Assembly (NCBI GenBank): GCA_007376405.1
Contig: VMGD01000002.1
Location: forward strand, 8,159 to 72,158
DNA: 64,000 nt
Direction of reading: 5' to 3'
Origin: Microgenomates group bacterium Gr01-1014_7
GTDB lineage: Bacteria; Patescibacteriota; Microgenomatia; Daviesbacterales; UBA10151
The number at the start of each line of letters is the position of its first letter. The stretch's first letter is position 1. Shown here one piece after another: positions 27,244 through 37,383 of the stretch. Position numbers and translations under genes: made by a program. Under the pieces are notes generated by a model that saw only the letters and a program-made list of their open reading frames with translations, ran no database searches and was not told where the DNA came from.

Positions 27244-29199
27244 ATGAATAATTTAGTAATAGTTGAATCTCCTACCAAAGCCCGTACATTGCAAAAGTAT
27301 CTGGGAAGTGAATATCAAATTGAGGCTTCTATGGGTCATATCCGGGATCTGCCCAAGAGTGAGTTAGGGGTGGATATTGAGCATGATTTTGAACCCCAAT
27401 ATGTCATACCCCGAGATAAAAGAAAAAGTGTTAATGAACTGAAAAAAACTGCAGAGGCAGCCAAAACTTTGTGGCTGGCCACAGATCCCGATAGAGAAGG
27501 AGAAGCAATAGCTTGGCATATTACCCAAATATTGGGTAGGGAAGGTAGCAGGGTGGTTTTTCATGAGATTACAGAAGATGCTATTAAAGAGGCTTTTAAA
27601 AATCCAAGAGAAATTAATTTAAAACTCGTAGATGCACAGCAAGCCAGAAGGGTCCTAGACAGACTTGTTGGATACAAATTGTCCCCACTGCTTTGGTACA
27701 AAGTTAAAAAGGGTTTGTCTGCCGGAAGAGTTCAATCCGTGGCGCTGCGTTTAATAGTGGAAAGAGAAAGGGAAGTTTTAGCCTTTAAGGCTGTTGAGTA
27801 CTGGATAATTGAGGTAGAGCTCCAAGCGGAAAGGGTAAAGCGTGAAGGGGAAAGTTTTACTGCAACTCTAATAGAACAAAATGGGAAGAAGCTGGAAATA
27901 AAAAACAAAGAAGAGGCTGATGAGCATGTTAAAAATCTGGAGACAGCAGATTATATTGTTTCCAAAATTACCCAAAAAGAGCTTCGCCGCTACCCTTATC
28001 CTCCTTTTACCACCTCCACTCTGCAACAGGCTGCTGCCAACAGGTTGGGAATGTCTGCCAAAAAAACCATGATGCTTGCACAAAATTTATATGAGCACGG
28101 GTTGATTACTTATATGAGAACGGATTCATTTAATATCTCTTCTCAAGCTATTGGTATGGTCAGGGACTATATTGCAAGGTTTTTAGGCAAATCTTATTTG
28201 CCGCAAGCGCCCCGCGCTTACAAGTCAAAATCTAAAAATGTGCAGGAAGCGCACGAGGCGATACGGGCAACAGATGTAAGGGAAAAGGGAGAAGGGTTAA
28301 GGGGAAAGGGTTTAAACAGGGATCATCAGAGGCTTTACGAGTTAATTTGGAAGCGGTTTGTGGCTTGTCAGATGAGTGAAGCGGTAGTTGATCAGACAGT
28401 AGTTGATGTGGCAGCGGCTGATTATACACTACGGGTAACTGGTTCTGTAATTAAGTTTGATGGTTGGCTGAAGCTATATGGAAAGGATGTGGATGAGAGA
28501 GAAGATGAAAAGAAACAAGTATTGCCTGAACTTTCTGAAAATGAGGTATTGAAACTGCTTCAGCTCTTGCCTACGCAGCATTTTACCGAACCTCCCCCAA
28601 GATACAATGAAGCCTCTTTAATAAAAAAACTGGAAGAGTTGGGAATTGGCCGGCCTTCAACTTATGCCCCGACATTATCAACAATTCAGGATAGATTTTA
28701 TGTGGAAAGAAAAGAGCGTAAGTTTTTTCCCACCGCGCTGGGTTTTGCTGTTTGTGATTTTCTGGTTAAGAACTTTCCGGATGTATTTGATTATTCATTT
28801 ACCGCTCAAATGGAAAATGAACTGGATGAAATTGCCAGAGGGGAGCGGCAGTGGCGGTCAACTATAGCAAGTTTTTATGAGCCGTTTGAGAAAAAACTTG
28901 AACAAACTTCAAAAACTGCTGAAAGAGTAAAAGTGGCAGTTGAAGTTAGTGATAAAAAGTGCCCCAAATGCGGTAAAGATTTGGTAATAAGAATCGGTAA
29001 ATTTGGTAAATTTTTGGCCTGTTCCGGTTTTCCGGATTGTAAACATACGGAAGCTTTGGAGGAAAAGGTAAATGCAATTTGTCCGGATGACGGAGGAGAT
29101 ATAGTGGTCAGGCATACCAGAAGAGGTAAGACTTTTTACGGCTGCAAAAACTGGCCCGGCTGCAAATTCGCCTCCTGGACCAAGCCAAAAAACCCTTAA
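27244..29199 (+). CDS. topA: DNA topoisomerase I
   Basis: LVIVESPTKA, ATDPDREGE, ITYMRTDS, C-terminal Zn fingers. Confidence 0.97.
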   Translation: MNNLVIVESPTKARTLQKYLGSEYQIEASMGHIRDLPKSELGVDIEHDFEPQYVIPRDKRKSVNELKKTAEAAKTLWLATDPDREGEAIAWHITQILGREGSRVVFHEITEDAIKEAFKNPREINLKLVDAQQARRVLDRLVGYKLSPLLWYKVKKGLSAGRVQSVALRLIVEREREVLAFKAVEYWIIEVELQAERVKREGESFTATLIEQNGKKLEIKNKEEADEHVKNLETADYIVSKITQKELRRYPYPPFTTSTLQQAAANRLGMSAKKTMMLAQNLYEHGLITYMRTDSFNISSQAIGMVRDYIARFLGKSYLPQAPRAYKSKSKNVQEAHEAIRATDVREKGEGLRGKGLNRDHQRLYELIWKRFVACQMSEAVVDQTVVDVAAADYTLRVTGSVIKFDGWLKLYGKDVDEREDEKKQVLPELSENEVLKLLQLLPTQHFTEPPPRYNEASLIKKLEELGIGRPSTYAPTLSTIQDRFYVERKERKFFPTALGFAVCDFLVKNFPDVFDYSFTAQMENELDEIARGERQWRSTIASFYEPFEKKLEQTSKTAERVKVAVEVSDKKCPKCGKDLVIRIGKFGKFLACSGFPDCKHTEALEEKVNAICPDDGGDIVVRHTRRGKTFYGCKNWPGCKFASWTKPKNP

Positions 29200-29295
29200 T
29201 ACTTACCTCTTGTATCTTAATACTATTTTTGTTATTATTATGAGGGCCTCAAAAACTTGTCCTGAGCGATTAGCGAAGGATCTCCCCCAAATAAA

Positions 29296-30909
29296 ATGAA
29301 ATATATTTTTGTTAGTGGTGGTGTAATTTCGGGTATTGGTAAGGGCACAACAGCTGCCTCAATTGCCTTCCTCTTAAAATCCGCAGGTTACAAAATTGCC
29401 CCGATTAAATTTGAAAATTACTTAAATTTAGATGCGGGAACTATAAACCCTATTGAACATGGCGATCCCTTTCTTTGTGAGGATGGAACAGAAGCTGACA
29501 TGGATATTGGCACTTATGAGAAATTTTTAGATGAAAACATGGGCAAAGATAACTTTGTTACCATGGGTCAAATTTATCAAACAGTGATTGATCGGGAAAG
29601 AAGGTTTGAATATAACGGGGAAGATGTGGAGGCTATTCCTCATTTAACTAACGAGATTATTGACCGGATTAATCACGTAGGCAAACTGAAAAAAGCCGAT
29701 ATTGTTATCATTGAGCTGGGCGGGACAGCCGGTGAATATCAAAATGTTTTCTACTATGAAGCATCCCGTATCATGACCCTGCAAAATCCCGGGGATGTTT
29801 TGCACATTCATGTTTCCTATGTTCCCACACCCGCTCATTTAGGAGAGCCGAAAACAAAACCTACCCAACTATCTGTTAGAACTTTAAATTCTTTGGGTAT
29901 TCAACCTGATTTTGTGATTACCAGGTCTGAAAAGTATCTGGATCAAAGGAGGAGAGAAAGATTTGCCCTGTTTTGTAATATGAAGCCGGAGGATATTATT
30001 TCCAATCCGGACCTTAAATCCGTTTATGAAATTCCTCTGGTTTTACATTCCCAGGGCATAGAGGAAAAAATACTTAAAAAGTTAGGGTTAAAGGTAAGAA
30101 AGCCTGATCTCCGGGCCTGGGAAAAACTGGTTGAGAAGATAAACAGTAAAAATAAAGCAGTAGAAATTGCCATTGTTGGCAAATACTTTGGAACAGGAGA
30201 TTATCAACTCCGGGATTCATATGCGGCTCTTCTGGATGCGCTGGACCATGCCGGTTTTGCGGTTGGGGTTTCCGTTAATACCAGATGGATAGATGCCGAA
30301 AAGCTAGAGAAAGAGGGTCCGGAAATTATTGGTAAACCAAATGGGTTAATTGTACCGATTGGCTGGGGGCAGCGGGGAGCAGAGGGAATGATTACTGCGG
30401 CATCCTACGCCAGAGAGAGAAAAATTCCCTATTTGGGACTGTGTTATGGAATGCAACTCTCGGTAATTGCTTTTGCCAGGGACATAATAGGCTGGAAAGA
30501 TGCTGACACTACGGAAAACAATCCAAAAACCAGACATCCGGTAATTCATCTTATGCCTAAACAGAAAAAATTTATGGCAAAAAGGGCTTATGGCGGGACA
30601 ATGAGATTAGGCAGCTGGGATGCTATGGTTAAAAAAGAAACCAAGGCTTATGAGATTTACAAAAAAGAACTAACCAGTGAGCGACACAGGCACAGATATG
30701 AATTTAATAATCAATATTTAGCTGATTTTGAGAAAAAAGGGATGATTTTTTCTGCCAGATCAATTGATGAGAATTTAGTAGAAATTATTGAACTTCCAGC
30801 AAAGACACATCCATTTTATATTGCCACACAAGGCCATCCTGAATATAAATCCCGCCCCTTAAAACCCCATCCAATATTCTTAGCCTTTTTAGAGGCAGTC
30901 AGTAAGTAA
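29296..30909 (+). CDS. pyrG: CTP synthase
   Basis: FVSGGVISGIGKG, GLCYGMQ, ERHRHRYE, HPE. Confidence 0.97.
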   Translation: MKYIFVSGGVISGIGKGTTAASIAFLLKSAGYKIAPIKFENYLNLDAGTINPIEHGDPFLCEDGTEADMDIGTYEKFLDENMGKDNFVTMGQIYQTVIDRERRFEYNGEDVEAIPHLTNEIIDRINHVGKLKKADIVIIELGGTAGEYQNVFYYEASRIMTLQNPGDVLHIHVSYVPTPAHLGEPKTKPTQLSVRTLNSLGIQPDFVITRSEKYLDQRRRERFALFCNMKPEDIISNPDLKSVYEIPLVLHSQGIEEKILKKLGLKVRKPDLRAWEKLVEKINSKNKAVEIAIVGKYFGTGDYQLRDSYAALLDALDHAGFAVGVSVNTRWIDAEKLEKEGPEIIGKPNGLIVPIGWGQRGAEGMITAASYARERKIPYLGLCYGMQLSVIAFARDIIGWKDADTTENNPKTRHPVIHLMPKQKKFMAKRAYGGTMRLGSWDAMVKKETKAYEIYKKELTSERHRHRYEFNNQYLADFEKKGMIFSARSIDENLVEIIELPAKTHPFYIATQGHPEYKSRPLKPHPIFLAFLEAVSK

Positions 30910-31019
30910 GTTATTAAATTACTCAATCTAGTTTGTATTGCCTATTGCATCAGGAGAATTCTAATCAAATAATCGGGTACTTGACAAATACCCCATAACA
31001 TGTTATTATTACTTTTAAT

Positions 31020-31295
31020 ATGATCGATGTTGAACAAAACATAGGAAAAGCGTTTGGAAGAGGTTTTAGAGACTCTACCCTAGGTGGTCTAAATTGGTTA
31101 AAAGGTGACAGAGGTCGCGCATATGGTTATTTTTGTGCACAGTTTGACAGAGTAACAAACGCTGACGGAAAGTATAGACACAATTTTGAAGCAATCCTCG
31201 ACCGGGCTGGTTACACTGTAGGAGGCTTACTGGTTGGTCTCCCAATGGGTATAAGAGACCTTGTTCCGTACGTTCTAAAAAGGGTAATTAAATAA
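31020..31295 (+). CDS. Hypothetical protein
   Basis: ORF downstream of a TTGACA-17-TATTAT promoter; no motif recognised. Confidence 0.5.
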   Translation: MIDVEQNIGKAFGRGFRDSTLGGLNWLKGDRGRAYGYFCAQFDRVTNADGKYRHNFEAILDRAGYTVGGLLVGLPMGIRDLVPYVLKRVIK

Positions 31296-31497
31296 AAGGT
31301 AGAAAAAGTTAATACTCCTGAGGTTTTTGTTTCATTTCTTACCCCTTGAATTATTTTTCTTTTAACGTCTTCTGTTATAATTTCCTCATGTCAGACTATT
31401 ATTATTTCGATGATAGAGAAAGTGATTGGGGTTACACTCCTGTTCCGGGAGAAGATTATATTATGGCCATTTTGAAGATTGCTAAAAGCATCTAAAA

Positions 31498-32148
31498 ATG
31501 ATAGATAAAAAGTTTAGGTTTAAATTAAAAGGTAAAACAGCGGTCTTTATTGATTGGGCAAATGTTTACGGCTGGGATTACGGTTCTTCGAATAAACACA
31601 GACAAAAACCAATAGATCCTCCAAAACTCTACAGTTATCTTAAGAGTTATAAAGAAGTTGACGATATCCGTTTTTACTATGGTTTGGATAAACATCCAAA
31701 GTCAAAGCAGTTTTTAAAGAAAGTAAAGCTTATTGGATTCAGTGTAGTTACCAAAGAAGTAAAGTATATTCCAGTAAGCCTTGATTCATCTCACTTTAGA
31801 CAGCTGGCAAAAGAAGTCAGAGATTCACTAGCTTCAATGAAGAAACTGGATCCAATAGATATAGAAAAAATCTTGCAAATCTTCAATAGGAAAATTTTAC
31901 GCAGGAAATGTGATTTTGATATTGAAATATCAATGGATGTACATAGTTTGCAAGATAAATTTGATACATTTATCTTCTTTTCAGGTGATGGAGATTTTGC
32001 ACCGCTCATCAATTACCTGGCAGGAAAACAAAAGCAAGTAATTGTAGTCTTTGGTGAAGGTCATTTAGGGAAAGAAATAGCAAAACTTGGGAAGAAGGTT
32101 TATCTATGTAATGCAAAAAATATCCCCCCGATTTCTCGAGGGGCGTGA
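31498..32148 (+). CDS. NYN-domain (LabA/PIN-like) protein
   Basis: AVFIDWANV, KCDFDIE, FSGDGDFAP. Confidence 0.9.
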   Translation: MIDKKFRFKLKGKTAVFIDWANVYGWDYGSSNKHRQKPIDPPKLYSYLKSYKEVDDIRFYYGLDKHPKSKQFLKKVKLIGFSVVTKEVKYIPVSLDSSHFRQLAKEVRDSLASMKKLDPIDIEKILQIFNRKILRRKCDFDIEISMDVHSLQDKFDTFIFFSGDGDFAPLINYLAGKQKQVIVVFGEGHLGKEIAKLGKKVYLCNAKNIPPISRGA

Positions 32149-32186
32149 TTGTTTATATTTAATCACAGATCAGTATAATTGTCAAT

Positions 32187-32840
32187 ATGAAAGGTAAGCT
32201 AATAGTTATAGATGGTACAGATGGGGCCGGCAAAACTACACAAATTAACTTGCTTTCTAGATGGTTAAAAGAAAAAAAGATTGCATATGAGGTAATTAGT
32301 TTTCCCAGGTATGGGCAGAACCAATATGCAAAGTTAGTTAAAAAATATCTGGAAGGTGAATATGGATCTATTAATAAGGTGGATTCGTATAAAATATCAA
32401 AGTTTTACGCAGGAGATAGGTTACTTGCTAAGCCATTAATAGAAAAGTGGCTAAGCAGGGGAAAATTGGTTTTGGCCAACAGGTATGTTTCATCCAATAA
32501 GGCTCACATGGGAGCAAATTTGCCTGCAAAGGAAAGAGAAAAATTCTTCAAATGGCTGGATAAGTTGGAATATGAAACAAACGGTATTCCTAAAGAAGAT
32601 TTAACCATACTTTTGGATGTTGATCCAAAAGTGGGCCAGAAAAATGTTTTAAGTAAACAGAAGCCTGACCTTCATGAAGATAGTCTTGCGCATCTGGAAC
32701 AGGCAAATAAGATTTATTTGCAGCTCTCTGGAGCCGAACCCAACTGGCAGGTGGTTAACTGTATGCAAAATGGCCAAATGAGATCTAAAGAAGACATTCA
32801 CAGGGAAATAATGAATATCTTAAACAGTAAGATTTTTTAG
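32187..32840 (+). CDS. tmk: Thymidylate kinase
   Basis: IDGTDGAGKTTQ, SFPRY, ANRYVSS. Confidence 0.9.
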   Translation: MKGKLIVIDGTDGAGKTTQINLLSRWLKEKKIAYEVISFPRYGQNQYAKLVKKYLEGEYGSINKVDSYKISKFYAGDRLLAKPLIEKWLSRGKLVLANRYVSSNKAHMGANLPAKEREKFFKWLDKLEYETNGIPKEDLTILLDVDPKVGQKNVLSKQKPDLHEDSLAHLEQANKIYLQLSGAEPNWQVVNCMQNGQMRSKEDIHREIMNILNSKIF

Positions 32841-33481
32841 GTTTTCAGAAGAGAAAAAGCCCGATCGATATCCTTACTATCCAGAACAACAGTTAATTCC
32901 GTGAAGGTTGAAACAGCTTCAATTAGATTTATTCCTTCCCAAGCCAAGATTTTGAGCATTGAATATAATACTCCTGGTGTTTTTGTTGCTTCTACAGGAA
33001 TTCTAACTGTTAAAGAGGATAGATTTTCAATGCTGCAAACCGGTGTTTCATCTTTAAATATTTCTTTTATGTCCTTATCCAAAGCTTCACTTGCAATGAT
33101 TGTTACCTGACTTATGCCATTAGAAATTGTTATAAAAATATCTTTTCTGTTTGCGGTTTTTTCAAGTAATTTATCTTGCGCATTTCCCAGAGTTGGAGAA
33201 TTCAAGAATGTATAGTCAATGAGATTAGATCGAATTGTTATATCACCTAAAGTTTTTAAAATGTCCGAATTATTAGGTAAAGTACCTTTAAGTTTAAAAG
33301 AAATTCTTTTTAAAGCCATTATAACGGCGCCTGTCCTTATATCTTTAAAGAGTTTTTCCTCAATTTTTGGCTTAAGGTAACGGGCCAAAGAAGAATAATT
33401 CACAATATCGGATGCCAGAGCTGCTTCCAGGAAGGGAGTTTCTTTTATAAGGCTTTCTACTACTTGTGATGTGGATATCAT
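32837..33481 (-). CDS. ACT-domain protein (putative amino-acid-sensing regulator)
   Basis: N-terminal VNYSSLAR helical region; C-terminal ACT-like PGVL...GINLIEAVSTFTELTVV; no kinase domain. Confidence 0.7.
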   Translation of the reverse strand: MISTSQVVESLIKETPFLEAALASDIVNYSSLARYLKPKIEEKLFKDIRTGAVIMALKRISFKLKGTLPNNSDILKTLGDITIRSNLIDYTFLNSPTLGNAQDKLLEKTANRKDIFITISNGISQVTIIASEALDKDIKEIFKDETPVCSIENLSSLTVRIPVEATKTPGVLYSMLKILAWEGINLIEAVSTFTELTVVLDSKDIDRAFSLLKT

Positions 33482-33536
33482 GTTAAATATTTAACATATT
33501 TTGTTAAAATTGTCAAGTTTTGTTAAAAATTTGACA
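33481..33536. promoter_or_regulatory. Three TGTTAAA-type operator-like sites in the divergent ACT/dapA intergenic region
   Basis: TGTTAAATATTTAACA (perfect palindrome), TGTTAAAATTGTCA and TGTTAAAAATTTGACA at about 20-bp spacing. Confidence 0.55.
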
Positions 33537-33592
33537 CACAGCGTGTTTATATATATTATCCTCCTCACACCCAAAGGAGGTGAAATAAATTT

Positions 33593-34534
33593 ATGTCAGA
33601 ACATGAAGAGCAGTTTGGAAGATTGATTACCGCCATGGTTACTCCTTTTGACCAAGAAGGGAATCTTGATACCAGACAGACCATCAATTTGGCAAGGCAT
33701 CTGGTTGATACAGGATCAGAAGGTATAGTTGTGGCAGGGACTACAGGGGAATCACCTACATTGACCGAGCATGAAAGAAGAGAGCTATTAAATACTGTAT
33801 TGGAGGCGGTAGGCGATCATGCAAGGATTATTGCCGGAACGAGCACCTATTCAACTGGAGAAAGTGTCCGTTTATCAAGAATGGCTCAAGCAGAAGGAGC
33901 GCATGGTCTTCTTTTGGTTACGCCATATTACAATAAGCCATCGCAAGAAGGTCTGTATAGGCATTTTGCAGCGATTGCTGATTCAGTTACTCTTCCGGTG
34001 ATTCTTTACAATGTTCCTTCCAGGACTAATGTTAACATGCTTCCTGAAACCGTTCGTCGGCTTGATGAATCGTTTGGGAATATTGTAGGACTAAAAGAGG
34101 CGATTGGTACATCAGATGAGAAGGGACAAAGACAGGTTAATCTTGTTATTGGAGGAAAATCTCCCGGATTTGAGGTCTGGAGCGGTAACGACCAGGATAC
34201 TCTGTTTTTTCTAAGGAATGGAGGTTACGGAGTGGTTTCAGTAGCAAGTCATCTTGTAGGTAGATCCATTAGAACAATGATGGATTTACAACTGTCAGGA
34301 CAGGAAGAAGATGCACAAAGAGAGCATCATCGCTTAATGCCTCTTTTTGATACTCTTTTTCCGCCAACTGCACCTGAACCTTCTCCTGCATCTATAAAGG
34401 CAATGCTAAATATTGCAGGAATGGAAGTTGGAGGTTTAAGGTTGCCTCTGGTGGAAGTGCCGGAAACTTACAGATGTTATCTGCAAGATCTTATGTCAGG
34501 GTATGAGCTTGCACCTGCTAGGATATCTGCCTAA
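33593..34534 (+). CDS. dapA: 4-hydroxy-tetrahydrodipicolinate synthase
   Basis: TAMVTPF, GTTGES, VTPYYNKP, LYNVPSRT, GLKEA. Confidence 0.93.
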   Translation: MSEHEEQFGRLITAMVTPFDQEGNLDTRQTINLARHLVDTGSEGIVVAGTTGESPTLTEHERRELLNTVLEAVGDHARIIAGTSTYSTGESVRLSRMAQAEGAHGLLLVTPYYNKPSQEGLYRHFAAIADSVTLPVILYNVPSRTNVNMLPETVRRLDESFGNIVGLKEAIGTSDEKGQRQVNLVIGGKSPGFEVWSGNDQDTLFFLRNGGYGVVSVASHLVGRSIRTMMDLQLSGQEEDAQREHHRLMPLFDTLFPPTAPEPSPASIKAMLNIAGMEVGGLRLPLVEVPETYRCYLQDLMSGYELAPARISA

Positions 34535-34546
34535 GGAAAATAATTT

Positions 34547-34591
34547 AAAGATAGGTTGTCTCTATATATGTAGGGGCAGCCTATCTTTTTT
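34547..34591 (+). terminator. Intrinsic terminator after dapA
   Basis: AAAGATAGGTTGTCTCTA...TAGGGGCAGCCTATCTTTTTT stem with U-tract. Confidence 0.75.
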
Positions 34592-34612
34592 GTACCAATC
34601 ATATTTGCAAAA

Positions 34613-34646
34613 TGGACAAGATAACCCTAAAGGACTATTTTGTCCA
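34613..34646. repeat. 34-bp imperfect palindrome, copy 3 (solo, upstream of dcd)
   Basis: TGGACAAGATAACCCTAAAGGACTATTTTGTCCA. Confidence 0.85.
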
Positions 34647-34698
34647 AAAAGTAAAACATAATTTCCCACTTGAAAAAAAGTGCTTGGCAGAATAAAGT

Positions 34699-35346
34699 AT
34701 GCTAGTCATTATGCCAAGAAAGCCTTCCAAAAAACTTACTGTTCAAAATATAGTCGGAACTTTGCCGGATTGGGTGATAAAGCAGTATATAAAGAAAGGG
34801 GTTATTAAGATTAATCCGCTGCCAAAGGATTGGGAAGATAGTGTTGATGAGGTCACTATAGATTTTCATCTGGGAAATAAACTGCGGGTTTTTACCGGGG
34901 ATGGCTGGGATATTATTGATACCAAGCACACTACCAAACAAGAAGTGGAATCCATGATGAAGCTGGTAGAGTTAAAACCGGGCCAGCCCTTTGTTTTATC
35001 CGATAAAGATTTTGTCATTGCCACCACCAAAGAAAAATTAACTTTACCTGATGATATTGTTGGTCATTTGCACGGCAAAAGCTCCCTGGCAAGGCTGGGC
35101 ATTGCTGTTCATTCCACAGCCGCCCGCTTTGATCCGGGCTGGGACGGGCATCCGGTTTTGGAATTCGGCACTTTTTTAAAAGGGAAAAGAGTGGTGATTT
35201 ATGAAGGCTCGCCGATTTGCGCTTTTTCTTTTGAGAAGCTGGGAGCTGCAGTTGAACGCTCATATAAGAAAAGCCCCAACAATAGATATGGAGGATCGGA
35301 TCTACCACAAGTCTCTAATTTAATGGGAAAAAGGAAAAAGAAGTAG
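34699..35346 (+). CDS. dcd: dCTP deaminase
   Basis: GKSSLARLG, HSTA, FDPGWDG, LE motifs. Confidence 0.88.
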   Translation: MLVIMPRKPSKKLTVQNIVGTLPDWVIKQYIKKGVIKINPLPKDWEDSVDEVTIDFHLGNKLRVFTGDGWDIIDTKHTTKQEVESMMKLVELKPGQPFVLSDKDFVIATTKEKLTLPDDIVGHLHGKSSLARLGIAVHSTAARFDPGWDGHPVLEFGTFLKGKRVVIYEGSPICAFSFEKLGAAVERSYKKSPNNRYGGSDLPQVSNLMGKRKKK

Positions 35347-35421
35347 TAAGTATTACGTATTATGTATTAAGGGTTTTAATTGCAATTTCCCATAATACTT
35401 AATACATGCTACATAATACAA
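35343..35421. repeat. 7-nt-periodic inverted-repeat element ('empty' copy of the arms flanking 36962-37330)
   Basis: ATGTATTAAG/CTTAATACAT and GTATTATGTA/TACATAATAC pairings; shares 13-mers with both flanks of the four-helix-bundle gene. Confidence 0.75.
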
Positions 35422-35424
35422 TTC

Positions 35425-35979
35425 ATGAGCGTAATAGGGATAAATGAAATTCTCCAAAGAGTAAGGAAGAATAAATTAATCGAAAACCTCGGGAATCGTG
35501 AACTTAAAGATCCCGAAGGAGTAGGGGTAGATCTACGGTTGGGGGCAGTTTATCAAATTGCCGAGGGTGGTGCTTTTATAGAGGCTAATTTGGGGAAAAG
35601 AAAAGGGGTTAAGGTAGAATTAATTGTGCAGTACAAAAAAAGAGGTAGGCAAAAAGAAATAGTCATAAAGCCAGGTGAATATTATTTAGTTTCAACAGTA
35701 GAAGTAATAAATACCCCTAAGGATTTAATGCCCGTAGTTTACCCGAGAACTTCTTTATTCAGGGCCGGATTACTTTTATTAAATTCTAAGACAGACCCTG
35801 GTTATAAAGGTGTCCTAACCATGGGACTTAAAAATTTATCAGAATTTGAAGTTAAGCTGCAAATGGGATCTAGAATTTGTAACATAGTTTTTTTTAAAAT
35901 TGAGGGGCAAACTGCAAACTACCGGGGTCAGCACCAAGGTGGTAGAATATCTCCAGAAAATGAAGAACAGCAGGTTTAA
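35425..35979 (+). CDS. Second dCTP deaminase/dUTPase-family protein
   Basis: [28 protein letters not shown]. Confidence 0.8.
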   Translation: MSVIGINEILQRVRKNKLIENLGNRELKDPEGVGVDLRLGAVYQIAEGGAFIEANLGKRKGVKVELIVQYKKRGRQKEIVIKPGEYYLVSTVEVINTPKDLMPVVYPRTSLFRAGLLLLNSKTDPGYKGVLTMGLKNLSEFEVKLQMGSRICNIVFFKIEGQTANYRGQHQGGRISPENEEQQV

Positions 35980-36928
35980 ACATCCGGAATATCAGTACCT
36001 GGAACTTTTAAAAGACATCCTGAAAAATGGAGTAGACAAACCTGTGTTTAATAATCCCGGAGTTACCATCAGATCGGTTTTTGGCAGGCAAATGAGATTT
36101 GATTTATCCAAAGGTTTCCCACTTTTAACTACAAAAAAAGTATTCTTGAGGGCGATTATTCATGAACTTCTCTGGTTTTTAAAAGGTGACTCCAATATTA
36201 AATATTTGGTGGATCAGGATGTGCATATTTGGGATGAATGGGCATATAAAAAGTACAAAACTCAAAACTCAAAAGTCAAAAGTCAAAAATTATTAACACA
36301 GGAAGAATTTATACAAAAATTAAAAGAACTTCCCAAAAATCACTCCTTTGTAAAAAAATACGGAGATTTGGGAAATGTTTATGGAGTTCAATGGAGGAAA
36401 TGGAGGACATCTGATGGTAGATTAATTGACCAGCTGGGCTGGGCAGTTAATGAGTTAAAGACCACTCCTTTTAGAAAATCAATTGTGGTTTCAGCCTGGA
36501 ATCCGGAGTTTATTTATGAAATGGCCCTGCCCGGAAAATCCATGGCTCTTCCACCTTGCCATACCCTATTTCAATTTATTGTTAATAAAGGCAGATTATC
36601 TTTGCAGCTTTATCAGCGGTCTGCTGATTCTTTTTTGGGAGTGCCGTTTAATATTGCCTCATATGCACTGTTTACAATGATGATTGCCCAAGTAGTGGGA
36701 CTTAAGCCGGGAGAATTTGTCCATACTTTTGGAGACGTACATATTTATAGTAATCATGTGCCCCAAGTAAAGGAACAATTAAAGAGGGTTCCCCGCTCTT
36801 TTCCTAAAATGAAAATAAATCCAAAAGTTAAAAATATAGATGATTTTAAATTTGAAGATTTTGAAGTAATGGGTTATAACCCGTATCCGCCAATTAAAGG
36901 AGAAGTAACTGTAGTGGGGGGATTCTAA
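35960..36928 (+). CDS. thyA: Thymidylate synthase
   Basis: [29 protein letters not shown]. Confidence 0.97.
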   Translation: MKNSRFKHPEYQYLELLKDILKNGVDKPVFNNPGVTIRSVFGRQMRFDLSKGFPLLTTKKVFLRAIIHELLWFLKGDSNIKYLVDQDVHIWDEWAYKKYKTQNSKVKSQKLLTQEEFIQKLKELPKNHSFVKKYGDLGNVYGVQWRKWRTSDGRLIDQLGWAVNELKTTPFRKSIVVSAWNPEFIYEMALPGKSMALPPCHTLFQFIVNKGRLSLQLYQRSADSFLGVPFNIASYALFTMMIAQVVGLKPGEFVHTFGDVHIYSNHVPQVKEQLKRVPRSFPKMKINPKVKNIDDFKFEDFEVMGYNPYPPIKGEVTVVGGF

Positions 36929-36961
36929 TTTGTAGTAAGTATTAAGTAGTATGTATTAAGT

Positions 36962-37330
36962 ATGAAAATTCAATCATTTACGGATTTGAATGCATGGAGA
37001 GAAGGACATCAATTAGTACTAGAAATTTATAAAGTCACTAAACTTTTTCCCATTGAAGAAAGATATGGACTAATTGATCAAATGAGAAGAAGTGCAGTCT
37101 CGATTACAAGTAATACTGCTGAGGGATTTTCCAGGAAAACTAAAAAAGAAAAAGCACAATTTTTCTATATGACTTTGGGATCAATCACAGAATTACAGAA
37201 TCAATTGCTAATCGCACGAGATATTGGGTATCTTAGTAGGGATAAATTTCAAAATATAGCTGAAAAAACTGTTACTGTGAGTAAGTTAATTAATGGTTTA
37301 ATAAAGAGTTCCAAGGCATTTATTATCTAA
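36962..37330 (+). CDS. Four-helix-bundle protein (23S rRNA-IVP/Avd-like family)
   Basis: SFTDLNAW...FPIEERYGLIDQMRRSAVSITSNTAEG. Confidence 0.92.
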   Translation: MKIQSFTDLNAWREGHQLVLEIYKVTKLFPIEERYGLIDQMRRSAVSITSNTAEGFSRKTKKEKAQFFYMTLGSITELQNQLLIARDIGYLSRDKFQNIAEKTVTVSKLINGLIKSSKAFII

Positions 37331-37383
37331 ATTATATGAAAAGTGGAATTATACTTACTACATAATACAAGATACATAATACT

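Noticed and set aside
31385-31495. Possible gene remnant upstream of the NYN gene
   Set aside because: Short open frame with no start and no recognisable family.
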